DNA of 63,477 nt, counting the filler, from Dugesia japonica (lineage: Eukaryota): assembly GCA_001938525.1 (NCBI GenBank). It is 6 parts of 6 records of this genome, joined end to end, with 100 filler letters (N's around TTAATTAATTAA, not from the genome) between each part and the next. Parts side by side here need not be neighbours in the genome. Positions count along the whole stretch, not along the records: positions 42,891 to 51,949 come from MQRL01589529.1; positions 52,050 to 63,477 come from MQRL01584696.1; 4 more parts are not named here. One strand, written 5' to 3'. The position numbers and the translations under genes are program-made. Below the pieces are notes generated by a model that saw nothing but the letters and a program-made list of their open reading frames with translations, was not told the origin of the DNA and did not search any database. Shown one piece after another: positions 51,436 to 63,477 of the stretch; position 1 is the stretch's first letter, and the number at the start of each line of letters is the position of its first letter.

Positions 51436-53192
51436 TTAGATCTAGGGGCCTGGAACTGCTATTAATAATTATTGTTTGTCTATGAAATAAAATGTATATA
51501 ATTAATATCGTACTTTCTTTCTTTTGCTGATAATATTAGGGAAAAGAATGAACCCGAATACAAAGGTTTATGGGTGTGTACCTCCCATTGCGAGAGAGGT
51601 CAACCACCCTGAAATGAATACCTACCCTAGAGGCGGTAGGATAAATTCTTGAACGGGTTCCCCTGAGGGCTGTTTTTCCCTAAGCCGCAATTTGACTATC
51701 AACTCAGGTNNNNNNNNNNNNNNNNNNNNNNNNNNNNNNNNNNNNNNNNNNNNNNNNNNNNNNNNNNNNNNNNNNNNNNNNNNNNNNNNNNNNNNNNNNN
51801 NNNNNNNNNNNNNNNNNNNNNNNNNNNNNNNNNNNNNNNNNNNNNNNNNNNNNNNNNNNNNNNNNNNNNNNNNNNNNNNNNNNNNNNNATAATATATAAT
51901 TAATTATAAATTATAATTATAATCAAAATAATAATTTGTAAAATCTTTTNNNNNNNNNNNNNNNNNNNNNNNNNNNNNNNNNNNNNNNNNNNNTTAATTA
52001 ATTAANNNNNNNNNNNNNNNNNNNNNNNNNNNNNNNNNNNNNNNNNNNNAATTATTCAATTATTAAAATAATTGTTTTTCTTAATATCTCAATTAAAACA
52101 AAGAATTTTAAATTAAAAATATTTAAAAAAATGGAAAATTTCTCAATAAATTCTGCATTTGAACCATGAATTGAGATAATTTTTCATGTTCAGCATTAGA
52201 ATTGAATAAAACTTTATCATTACTATTGAATAGAATACAAATGATTTATACTAACAATAAAGAATAAATATTGTAATTCCATAGTGATTAATAGAGAGGA
52301 GTGATTGATGAAGTCAAATACCAGATAATAATTGTTTTTTCAAGACAATTCTCTATATCATGGATCAAAGTTTATATATGATTGTATAATGAATAAACTT
52401 TCTGAATATTTGGATCATAATTATACAATAAAAATTATATAGTATGAAAAATCTAAAATTATTAATAAAAAAATAAATTCAAGTGAAAAAAACTGAGTTA
52501 TAAGTAAATATTTCTTCCCCGCCATATCTAATTGCAATTTAGTTAGGCTCAATGAATGAATGTTTTTAATAGTTATTATGCAAATATATAGTTAAGTATT
52601 TAGCTTATTTTTCTTTTGAAGATTTTCGCTAACCAGTAATTATCTAATAATATTTATTTGTTTATATTAGTAGTTTCTGGATTTTTAGGGGGCCTATAAT
52701 GATTGTTGGGTCGACTGAGAGCCTATGATCCATTATTAATCAGTTAATTCTACATATTTTCAACATTATAATTGCCTTTGTAAAACAAAGAAACGAATTT
52801 AACTCAAACTAACACATTATTACATTTATATCAAATGTATTCCTGATGCTCTTTTGATATCCATCCTTCAAATTTAAAGTGTGGAACTTTTTTCAATAAA
52901 CTATTGTATTATATTCGCGGTTAAATTATTAATTTTATAGATTTAAAATATTAAACTCTTAGTCTAAGTTAGTTATGAACCCATAAAACCCGATTTGTTC
53001 GTTTTTAACTAGTCAGGTAAATTTTTATTTGCGGTATTTATCGATTTTCAATACGAAACCTGAAAGATTTTATCTGAGGTCATTTTAGAAATGATTGCAG
53101 AATTAGGAATTTATGTATAATATTATTTTTAATTCAAAACATATTCAAACAGGGTAATTAAACCCAATTATATACTTCATAAAAGTATACAC

Positions 53193-53270
53193 CAGTGTTT
53201 CCCAAATGGTTTGTCGCGACACAGAAGTGCGTCATGAAAAATTTACAAGTGTGTAGCGAAATCTCAAAAA
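53193..53270 (+). mobile_element. hAT-Charlie-like left end
   Basis: CAGTGTTTCCCAAA...TGTCGCGACACA terminus; no partner end found. Confidence 0.5.
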
Positions 53271-54983
53271 CTGAAAATCTAAACATCTCAAAATTAATGA
53301 TGAAATGCGAATTTGATTGTCGACTTTTGAACATCAATGGAATTTAATTTGTTCTCTTAATCAAACTTATTTGTCACACTGAATAAATTTAATTAAAATA
53401 AATACTTGTTTCGGAAACACTTGGAAAAAAATTTTGAAATTAAGTAGCAATAATTTATTAATTCGAAATTTGTTTTAATTGTTAATAATATCAATTAATC
53501 GTTCTCATTTTACATGTTATTTTGGAAAGCTCATGATAATTATTGAAAAATCTAAATTACAAGTATTTCTAAAACACTCAAAAGAAAACTTTATCCATTT
53601 ATCGCGTTTATTTCATTTTAGAAAATTCAAACTTTCTTTATCTAATCTGAATTTCAAAATAAAAGTGTAATTTGATAAATATAATTATTGATAGAAAATT
53701 AAAACAATTCAAATTNATAATTAGACCTTATTAATAAATAGATTTAAACAAAAATTAAAAATTGATTTACTTTAATTTAATTTTAAAAGTTTTTTAAAGT
53801 AAAATACTCAATTTACGAGTTTACTCAAAATGGAAGTAAAAAATGAAAAAGTACAAATAAAAATATTATTAAAATATAATCTAAAATCTAAGAAAATAAT
53901 CTATTTAAAGACAACCGAAAAAAATTTATTTGAAATTTGGAAATAAATTCATTAATAATCTTATCTAGGAAATATAATTCAATCAACTGTCAGATAATTA
54001 GAGTAATTACTATTAAATAATAAAAAAGATTTTTTCATTGGAACTTCAAATTATTTAACAGAAGAATTAATTTTCTACTAAACACAATTAAAGATAAATA
54101 AAAAATATTTTATTTAATCCTACAATAGGCTTTTTTATTTTTATTTTAATTGGGCTAAATGAAATTCCAAATAAATATTAATATTAAATAATTTTTCAAT
54201 AGAATAGTAAAACAAAACCTCAAATTTTTTACTGTAATAAAATAGATTANATTTAAAAGAATAATAAGATTCCAAAAGCTCTGTAAACTGTTAACCGTTG
54301 TCATGTCTAATATTTATTTCTCTAAAATTAATGAACTTTCTTCTAACATTAATTCAGACTACACGCTATTATCGTTACCTAATTTTTTAACTCTTAATTG
54401 TTCAAAAAAAATATATTTGGTAAAACACATTTTGTTTTTTAATTTTCAAAAAATAAATTAGAAATATAAAATAAATTTCTTAATTTAAAATATGAAAATT
54501 CTTTTACAATTTCGATTTTTGCGAGAAAAATTGTTGGATTTAATCTTGTTTGAGATTTTATTAAATTGAAAGCCTCAATCGAAATGATATTTTTTTTTAA
54601 AAATTTTTATAATTTTTTAGTTGTTGTTAGTATTTTGAATATTTGACCTTTGTCTTCAGGATTTAGCTTGTTGATTGATTTTAACAATATTAGATAATTT
54701 TTTTGCATTTTATTGAAATTTAATTGGATAATTTTAATTTAATTTAAATTAAATTTTTAAAATTCTTTTAAAACTTAAATTATTTTTTTAACCATTGATC
54801 TGTCAATAAATACATTCTTTTTTAACAACAAAAATCTTTTATTTAAAATAATTTTTAACAAGCAAAGATCAAAGCATTATAATAAATCTATTTTTAAAAC
54901 TTTTTTTAATTTTTTAATTTTTTTTAGATTTGTATAAAATCTGTCTTTATGTCAAAATTTGTAATAAGAATTTATTGAATAAT

Positions 54984-55015
54984 AGTTCCTGAAAAAGGCT
55001 ATGTCGAAATATTGA
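54984..55015 (+). ncRNA. Degenerate minimal hammerhead
   Basis: GTTC-CTGAA(A)A-A-GGC-TAT-GTC-GAAA-TATT; same family as 57031. Confidence 0.5.
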
Positions 55016-55179
55016 AAATAGAAGAACAGCAACTTTGATCTTTGCTTGTTAAAAACTTTTTTAAAAAAATGTTTTGTTGGTAAAAAATAAATTAAATTAT
55101 TTAAGTTAATTTTAATTATTATAATTATTATAAACTACATCCATTTTAGATTTATCCTTTTATTATATGGTTTATAATA

Positions 55180-55322
55180 ATAAAAGATTGGACGACTTGG
55201 TTAAGGTAGATCTGTGCATAATTATTCAACAGCTTGATCGAGAGTTAAATATAGTCAGTCATGTAGCAATATTGAATAATCTTGAACAATTGGGCAAGGT
55301 GAAGAAGAATGATAAATGGGTG
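55180..55322 (+). pseudogene. Mariner transposase fragment
   Basis: LDRELNI..SHVAILNNLEQLGKVKKNDKWV precedes the mariner WVPHEL motif. Confidence 0.65.
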
Positions 55323-56599
55323 ACAATTAAATAGTTTTCATTTTAAATATAATCACCATGGTAATTAAATTAATTTATCATTTAAATTATACAGAATCTC
55401 GTTATAGATAAAAATCCCACACTGATATGGCTAGTTATTTAAGAATTTCAAATAAAAAAATACAAATGTGAAGAAATTAAAATAAAAAATTTCAAAGTAA
55501 AATACAAAATTGTAATGAAAAGTAAATTTATTTTTTCCAGCTCATTATTAATTGACAGTTTGCGAAGAGTTTAATTAGTAATTTAAAGCAATTTTTAAGG
55601 GGTCTTCATATTTGTTTGATATTTCGCCTCTTGAAGAAACAGAAACGCTGGAACAAAGAATAAAAGAATTAAAAGTTCAGTGGAGTCCATTAAATGTAGA
55701 AATTTGCAATTAAATGTGGATATAGTTGACAAATTGAGCATAACAGAAGATCTTGACAAATTATTTATTAAAAGTTAATGAAAATTAATATTATATTTAG
55801 TACAATAAATTATGTGGCCCAATTTTAGTTTCTGTGCGGGATTTTCGGAAATATGCGCTATTTATTATCTATAGTAATCGTGTAATCTGTGAAATGAACC
55901 AAATTATTTTAATACGCTCATCATACACCTAAACAAATCTCATTTCAAAAGTAAACAGTCCAAATTTTCTTTCATTTTTTTCTGTTAAAATATTGGGGAA
56001 ATGTCGAAACAGATATGTTTTCATTTGTTTTATTAAATAATTAAAAGGCTCCGAATATACAAAAATAGACTAAAGAATAATTATTATTCTCATGTACTCC
56101 ATAGGATAAACAATATCAATAAGAAAATTGAAAATAGTGATGACCAATTCAATTTTTTATGTGGATTAGTTGCTCTGAGACTTGGACGTAAAAAATTTAC
56201 TCAAGTAACTAATTACTTAAAGATATTATAGACTCATATTACTCCAGTGATCTCTTACTTTTAGAAGAAACCGCAGCAATATGTGAAGCAGCAACATGAA
56301 ATATATCACTTTGAATTATTTATATAACCTCATGAAATTCAATAAGGCCAATTTAATTAAGTTATGCGAAAGAAAATTCTATTACAATTGCAAGAATTAT
56401 TGCGAGAATAATTGTTGGACATAACCATTGATCGTTTTATAGAATTCATTTAATATAAAAGCTTTGATCATAATTTTGGTTTTTTTTATTGATATTGGAT
56501 AACAATTCGATATTTCGACCTTGTCTTGCCATTTAATTATATATTTTCATATTACATATTTCGACAGAATATCTGTAATTTTAGGATACAATAATTTAA

Positions 56600-57110
56600 T
56601 TCTACAAATATTTAAAAAATTTATTTTCAATTGCAAAGATCAAAACGATGTTTTTTCTATATTTATAGATGGTCCAATATATCGGCTATGCCTTCTCCGG
56701 GAACTACTTCTCAATTCATTCTGGTAATAAATGTTTGAATAGAAACACAATTGATTTTAAGCTGATTAAAATTAATTTTCATTGGTCACTAATTATAACA
56801 TTAAATTTCAAATTTATTGATCATAATTTCGGTAAAATTATGCAAACCATTAAAAAATTTCTTTTTATAAATTTTAATCTAAAAACTTTTGTTTTAAAAT
56901 TGAATTTCATAAAAATTAACTTTACCATTGATCTGTCTTTTAAACAAATATTTTGAAAAGGAAATTTAAATAAAATTTATTTTCAATCGCAAAAATCAAA
57001 ACGATTTTTTTCTATTTTCACAGATGGTTAAATATTTCGGCTACGCCTTCTTCAGGAACTACTGCTCAATTTATTCTGGTTATAAATATTTAAATAGAAA
57101 CACAATTTAA
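56600..57110 (-). repeat. ~355-bp tandem repeat with minimal hammerhead ribozymes (Penelope pLTR or retrozyme-like)
   Basis: Two colinear units 355 nt apart. 57031-57060 reverse complement = AGTTC-CTGAAGA-A-GGC-GTA-GCC-GAAA-TATT; 56676-56706 is a mutated copy. Confidence 0.75.
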
Positions 57111-59607
57111 ATTAATAATTTGATTCTTTTTTGAAAATTCTTTATTGAAACAATATTTATTCCATTTTTTATTTTATTAAAAATTGCTTATATATAAAAA
57201 GTTCTGATTATGTAAGCAATTATGTAAATATTATCTTCAATAAATCCAATTAATTAAAAGTTAATGAAATTAATAAATTATTACAATTAAAAATTTAATA
57301 AAATGCTTTATAAATAAAAAATTATATTAGAAATTATTGAAATTTTTTTACTAAAAATACTATTAAAAAACTTTCCATTTCTTGAAATTTCCATCAAGAA
57401 AAGTTTGCCAATGATCTTTATTTTAAAACTGTTTTCAAACTAAATTATTTCGGAAGTTGGACTTTGTTAGTAATAAATCGGTTAAAATTTAATTAGATAA
57501 ATTGAAATATTCCGTTTTTTTCTGTTAATTTTGTTACAATGTTTAATTATTCAGCTGTTTTCCTGGAAAGGATAAAATTTATTTATTTTTAAAATATTTC
57601 TTTTTTTTCTTTCTTTCAATTGTAGAAAAATATCGATTATAATGACTAAATGTCCTCCATTTTTATTCGTCGACAAATAAATTAATTTTGGATTTCCCAA
57701 TATTTATTTCTTTCATTATATATAAATTTCATAGGTATTTATTATCATGCAATATATTTATTTAATATGATATTTAAACAGAGTGTAGCTAAGCTGGAAC
57801 TCCACTAAATTTGGAAAGAAATTAAAACATTAAAAAATCGTGAATGAAAAGAAATTTATAGATTCCTAAAAATCTTCTTTATATGACTATTTTCGTTACT
57901 GTAGACACTTCAATAGGACTGAAAATATAATAATACAAAACAAAAAAATATTTATTACAATTTCGTCTTGAAATTTTTCAACACAACTTTATGAATTTGC
58001 ATTGAGAAGCAATTTTTTTTGACGAAAAAGTAATTGAAAATTACGCCAAACGTCGGTAAAAATAGAATAATAGATTTAATATTATGAGGTATAATAGTGA
58101 AAAGAATAAATTATCAGTTTTAAGTTTAATTTTTAAGTAGGTACGTAATTTTTCATAAAACGCACTGGACCATACCCCCTTTTGGGGAGAGAAAACTTTT
58201 AATGGTATATAAATTTTACAAATTTTTTTTTGTATTTGTAGATGTTCATTTGATTATGAAATAGTAGTATAAGAATTTTACATGTATTTAGCGAGAATGA
58301 CTTGATTAGGTAACTTCTGCTCGTATTTTTTTGTATATATCTTGTTAAATATTTTTTTAATTAATTAATTTTATTTATTTTGATTTAATTTTCACAGAAT
58401 TTTTAATTATAATTTATTTTTGTGTTACTATTTCAATTTTATTTAATTTTATGGTGTAATTTAAATAAACGTAACCATAGCATAATCACCGGAAATTAAA
58501 TTTTTTGTTCCAGTTAACTAAAATCTTCAAATTTGTAAGTAGTTAAGCAAATTTCTACCAAGCAACATTTAGACGCTGGTGATATTAATATTAAATGCTC
58601 CCAGGACAGTATTAACATTAACTTTATTATCCCCCAAGCAGTCCTAAAATTATTGTTAATATCTCCCTGGCAATATTAACATTAATAATAATAATAATTG
58701 TTTAAATCATTCAACGATAACAAATCAAGAATATTATCTAATAAATTATTGAAATTAGACTTAATCAAATTAATTGAAAAGTATTTTTAGAAATTTTTTG
58801 AAATTCATAAGATTTTCAATAAACAATAAATAAAGAAAGTTAACTAAATAATTGAAAATATTTTAATTAAACAAATAGAAATAAATTTGAGCCATTTTGT
58901 TTGAATCTTTCGATTGTATTGGTATCAATATCATTGGAATTTTGACATCATTTTAAATCTGTAATTCAGTTTAATAGAAAATAATTTTTTCTCCCTAAAA
59001 TTAAAATCAATAATCTAAAAAATTCCTGCTTCTATTGTTTGAACTTATCGGAAAATGAGATTTTTTGCATTGAAATCATCTTCATAAGTAATCATTTTTA
59101 AACCATATTTCATATTTAACAAGACTGCAAATCTTCTTTTTATCATCTTCATCGGAAAATCATTATTTACAAAACCTATTTCTTCACAATGAAACCACTA
59201 AGCAAATTTATTCAAAATGAGTTTCGAAAAACCACAGTTTATTAATGAAAATTTTCAACTTTCTACTTTTAAATCTTTTTTTAAGAAGCTTATCCATATC
59301 TATTTTATAACAGAATGATCCCATCTAATTACACAATTAGTACAATGAAGGAGAATTTAAATTAATTATTTCAAAATGCATTTAAAAATATTTATTAAAA
59401 ATTTTTAAAAAAAAATTTAAAGATTGAATAAAATGTGTCTCCAAAAAATATTTTTAAAATTTTAAAATATAACAATTAACAGCAGATAATTAATTAATTA
59501 ATGATTATTAATTAATAATACTAATAAATTATTAATTATTCAATAAATTAATTCATAGAAGACTATTAGCAGATAGTACAAACTACACTTATTAAACACG
59601 TCGCGAT

Positions 59608-59955
59608 TAGGGTTTCCATTTTCGGTAAACCGTAATTATCGGTTTTACCGGAAATTTTGATTTTTTTACGGTAAACGGTATTACCGATTACCGCATAATT
59701 ATTTTACTTACAAATTTTATACAGCTTCTTAAAAGATTATTTTAAGGAAAAGAATATAAATAAATAATGGTTAATTAATATTGTGGAGCTTGAGATTTTT
59801 GTAAAAATAAAATTCATTGTTATTGAATTGTTTATTTATAATCGTTTATTATCATTGCTTATATCTAATAAATATTTTAATTAAGTTTTCTTAATTGTTA
59901 AATCCATATATATTTATGTCATTTACCGTCGGTAAAAACCGTTTTTTACCGACTC
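59608..59955. mobile_element. hAT(Ac)-like MITE remnant
   Basis: TAGGGTTTCCA start with clustered CGGTAAA/TTTACCG subterminal motifs at both ends. Confidence 0.5.
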
Positions 59956-60271
59956 GCGATAAACAGCCTGAAAAAACCACATTTCTGGGCTGCATAAATG
60001 TGTTGTCTAAGGTATGACATAACAGGACAAAGTCTGTTATTAATTTTCAGCTGCTAGGATTAGCATATTGTATAACTGAAATGAGGATACCTTAACGATC
60101 TTATGCTGAAAGCTTCAAATAATAATTAAGGCATAGAGAGAAGTTTATAAGATTAACACGTTTCGTAATAATTCATCTTCGTGGTGGTGGACTCTTTATT
60201 GCACTGGAAATTTTTAAGGTTATCCCTAACAAAAACACGAACCAGACTCAATCGACGCTGCCCACAATTAT

Positions 60272-60349
60272 AGTACTAACGAGGCTTAATTCTGCTTAAT
60301 TTCAGAGATCGAAAGAGATTAGGTGTACTCAACTTAGTTTTCGGAAGAT
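60272..60349 (-). pseudogene. 5S rRNA-derived relic (pseudogene or SINE3 head)
   Basis: Reverse complement ...ACACCTAATCTCTTTCGATCTCTGAAATTAAGCAG...GCCTCGTTAGTACT matches 5S (CCCGATCTCGTCTGATCTCGGAAGCTAAGCAG...GCCTGGTTAGTACT). Confidence 0.7.
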
Positions 60350-60881
60350 ATAACCTCTTATTATGTTGCATTTAATATTTTTTATCATATTAGGCTATGT
60401 GATGAACAACTTTAGTTAATAAATTTTTTTAAAAACCAAATTTTCTATATGGCAGTGATAAACTACGTATGTTTCTTTTAACATTAATTCTTATGTTTAT
60501 TATGTATTTCGATGTTCATTAATAGAAGAAATAATAATAATAAAAAAATAATTTTTGCTTTTTACTACAATTATTAAAATTTCTTTTCTGGTTCAATTTT
60601 ATAGAGGTTGCTTTTAACTATTAACAGTTAAAAAAACAGATTTGTAACATTTCAATGTTTAAATCTGATTTGTGAATTAAAATTTTAATTTATAATAGAA
60701 ATTAAATTAATAAATAAAATTAATTCATATTTTTGAATTTAGTTAATTTCTTATCTCTAAGATTTTCACGGAAACACTTAGAGTTCTATCGGTTTTTTTG
60801 TTTTAATGCAATATGTTGAACACTAACAGTACTAATTTGAAATAATCAGTCATTTTTACAAATATATTAAAAATAACAAAC

Positions 60882-61134
60882 CACAAAGTAATGGAAATGA
60901 GACTTGTAATGCACCAATCCAATTAATTGCAAATGATGCTGACTCCATTGGTGGTAAATACTCCTTCAATAAAGGCCTTATGAATCCAAATGAAAAAAAC
61001 ATTCCATCGATTAATGCAGAGTTCATAAAAGCTGCAAAAACCGTCCACCAGCCATAGCCCCCATCGGGAATAATAAATTTAAGATTAGATTTTTTAAAAT
61101 AAACAATTTCTAAATCTTCAGTACTATCTATCAT
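60882..61134 (-). CDS. Monocarboxylate transporter (SLC16/MCT family), first coding exon
   Basis: PDGGYGWWTVFAAF...GMFFSFG...WIGAL...LLCG is the MCT TM1-2 signature. Donor G|GTTTGT after 60882. Start codon uncertain. Confidence 0.85.
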
Positions 61135-62026
61135 ACGTTCGAAATATGTAGCTTTGAGATATCGGTTAGTAAAATGCTGTTTAAGTATCAATTAACTGAT
61201 GTATTTATTGTTTATACAATGATGATCAATAATTATAGATGCATGATATGCATTGTTTGAGTCAGAAAGTGGGAGAAGCTGCAAATAAGGTCAAAGACAG
61301 CATAAAAACTATCTCTTCAGTTATTTGTCTGTATGTAGTTAACCAAACATTCTGGTGTTTTCTGTCTCCACTTACTTTACACACAGACACTAACATAACA
61401 CGACAGTTTCTGTAGCCAATGTTAAGTCGCCTATCCAATTATTATATTGATTTTAAAACAACTCTTAAGTCAATTTATCATAAATAATACGCTCAAAATT
61501 CTAACAACAAAAATTGTTCGATTTATTTATTGATAATTGAAATCGAATATTTTAATTCATTTGATTTATTAAAATTATTATGGATTTTTAAACTTACGTT
61601 TCAAGGAAATGTAATTCTTGTAACAGATTAAATTAATGTAATTTCGTGGATTTAAAAAACGAAGAATTTTGTCTGAATATGATAATGAATAAATAATTTT
61701 TTTCCTCAAATATTAGATAATCGTGTTGATAAATATAATGCAATTTAGTACTATCACTACGTTTTAACGGTGTTACAATATTTTCGATGTCGATGTAATT
61801 ATCAAAGAAGTAATAATAATTCTTATCAATTAGTTGTATTATATTGGATAATTTCAAAATGAACCATTTTTCATGGACTTATTACAGGTTGATTTTTTCT
61901 TAGCATCAGAATTATCAGTAAGGTTAAAACAGAATTTTCTTATTAAATATCCAATTACAACACTAGAGTAAAAAATAACGAAATCAACCGAAATGAAGAT
62001 TTTAATATTAAATAAGTTGGAGCAAT

Positions 62027-62060
62027 AGTTCCTGAAGAAGGTATNGCCGAAATATTAAAC
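62027..62060 (+). ncRNA. Minimal hammerhead ribozyme
   Basis: GTTC-CTGAAGA-A-GGT-ATn-GCC-GAAA-TATT-AAACCATC; flanks homologous to the 56.6-57.1 kb repeat. Confidence 0.65.
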
Positions 62061-63036
62061 CATCTATGAAAAGAGAACAAAATCATTTTGATCTTTGCAT
62101 TTGAAAATAAATTTTAAATAACGGAATTTGTTTTTCAAAATATTTGTTTAAATAAGTTGGTATTAGAAAAATCATAGTCAATTTTTTAGAAGTTCTCGTG
62201 AATAAATCAACAGGTTTGACTAGTGAAAGTATTTACTAATGAATTATAAACACATTATTTAACACTTATCAAAATTACACTAAGACTGATGATTGGCCAC
62301 AGGCCGAAGAAACCGTTAACCATATTTAAATCTTGTTCAATGATAAATCAGTATATATTTTATCTTCAGTTATTAACAGGAAATGATCGAATATTACAAG
62401 CCACATTTTCCATTAGTGTTGACTAATGATGGAGGTGAAGGGACGCTCTGGATCCCGTGGATATATGCAGTCGAATTACTGGAGGAACAGAAGGAGTCTC
62501 ACGAAAAGGACAAGCGAGCGATAAAATTGGGCCAACAAGAATTAATAAAATGTAATCTTGAATTGAGACAGCAGTTGAGAACAGTTCGAGATAAAAAGGA
62601 GTAATTAGAGATCCAGTGGCGTTTAGAATTGCAATCGACATTTTAGAGAAATAAGGAAAAAGAATTTTCTCAGCAACACACCAATCGCCTGATAGTAAAG
62701 GTCNTAAAAACTTATACCGATCGATAAGACACAATGTTTATCCCACTCCGACGTTGTGGCTAAATTATCGGTCGTCAGAGACAAACGCGGGCAGTTCAGA
62801 CAAACCTGTATATTTTGATGAGTAGTGGCGATGTTGCTGGTGTGGTAAATTGTAGTAGTTGACAAATAAATTTTAGAACCATGCATTTCTGAATTAACTC
62901 GTTCAACAACAGAAATTAATAAGCACGAAAAATCATGCAGGATCAATACTGAGTTAGGCACTAAGTTATGAACAATGAATGAAACTGATTCAATAATTAA
63001 ATATGATGCAATCGATGGGATATTGAGTGTTTACGT

Positions 63037-63320
63037 CAGTGTTGTCCAAACTTTTTTGAGCCACGGCACATTTGTCTGAATTAAAAATTTTCACGGCACA
63101 CTAATTTTTTGCTTCAATTGTAATTTCTTATTGCACTTTTATTAAAGGTTTAAAATATTATTGTCAACAAATAAATTTCGCACTTAATTGACCAATTAAT
63201 ATTTAAAATTTAAACAACCGTCAAAATATCCCTTATTCAACTTCCTTTAATTAAGTTGTCAAAAAAACAGGGTATTTTTGACTTTATTTGAAACCACGGC
63301 ACACGGTTTGGACAAGACTG
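63037..63320. mobile_element. hAT-Charlie-like MITE
   Basis: TIRs CAGTGTTGTCCAAAC / GTTTGGACAAGACTG; perfect 8-bp TSD GTTTACGT. Confidence 0.92.
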
Positions 63321-63477
63321 GTTTACGTGAATATAAACAATAGAAATATTATATTGAAAAATAAGTACATATGTTTTGAGTATCCCCGAGAAAATAATGA
63401 ATTTTGAAAGAGTAACTCGAATTTGAACATCAAACCGTCTATTCAATAGCGACTTTTATGTTCATTATGAATAACAC

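Larger units (their letters stand above)
42297..51709 (+). mobile_element. Coding-LTR (copy D) interrupted by gaps and the NeSL-type element
   Basis: Starts TGTTGGTGTAGAACACC; promoter 42891-43110; leader donor near 43454. Resumes at 50803 with exons c and d and the terminal RNA domain. Continuity across the gaps is inferred. Confidence 0.65.

Overview
Very AT-rich eukaryotic scaffold with several assembly gaps. The tiny introns and the transposon repertoire suggest a triclad flatworm (planarian), but this is an inference. Host genes are few: a 3-exon SSSCA1/ZNRD2 orthologue (30532-31113, missing from the ORF track), an orphan single-exon type-I membrane protein gene (19272-19853) and the first coding exon of an SLC16/MCT transporter (about 60882-61134). 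Most of the rest is nested, decayed mobile DNA: Ty3/Gypsy, Helitron, piggyBac, Polinton/Maverick pieces and termini, Penelope with minimal hammerhead ribozymes, two RLE non-LTR elements (one with a Ulp1-like protease, NeSL/R5 type), hAT/mariner MITEs and a 5S-derived relic. The most interesting signal is a family of large TGTT...AACA-bounded, LTR-like units: seven diverged copies, one complete at 3.7 kb with a near-perfect 5-bp target-site duplication (TSD). Across copies the unit shows (i) a conserved CCAAT/MEF2-like/TATA promoter with a leader exon, (ii) four conserved coding exons that open with splice acceptors, close with their own stops and are mostly followed by AATAAA, and (iii) a ~185-nt terminal RNA structure with compensatory base changes, a putative pseudoknot and a tRNA-Gln-like terminal minihelix. 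All alignments and folds were done by eye.
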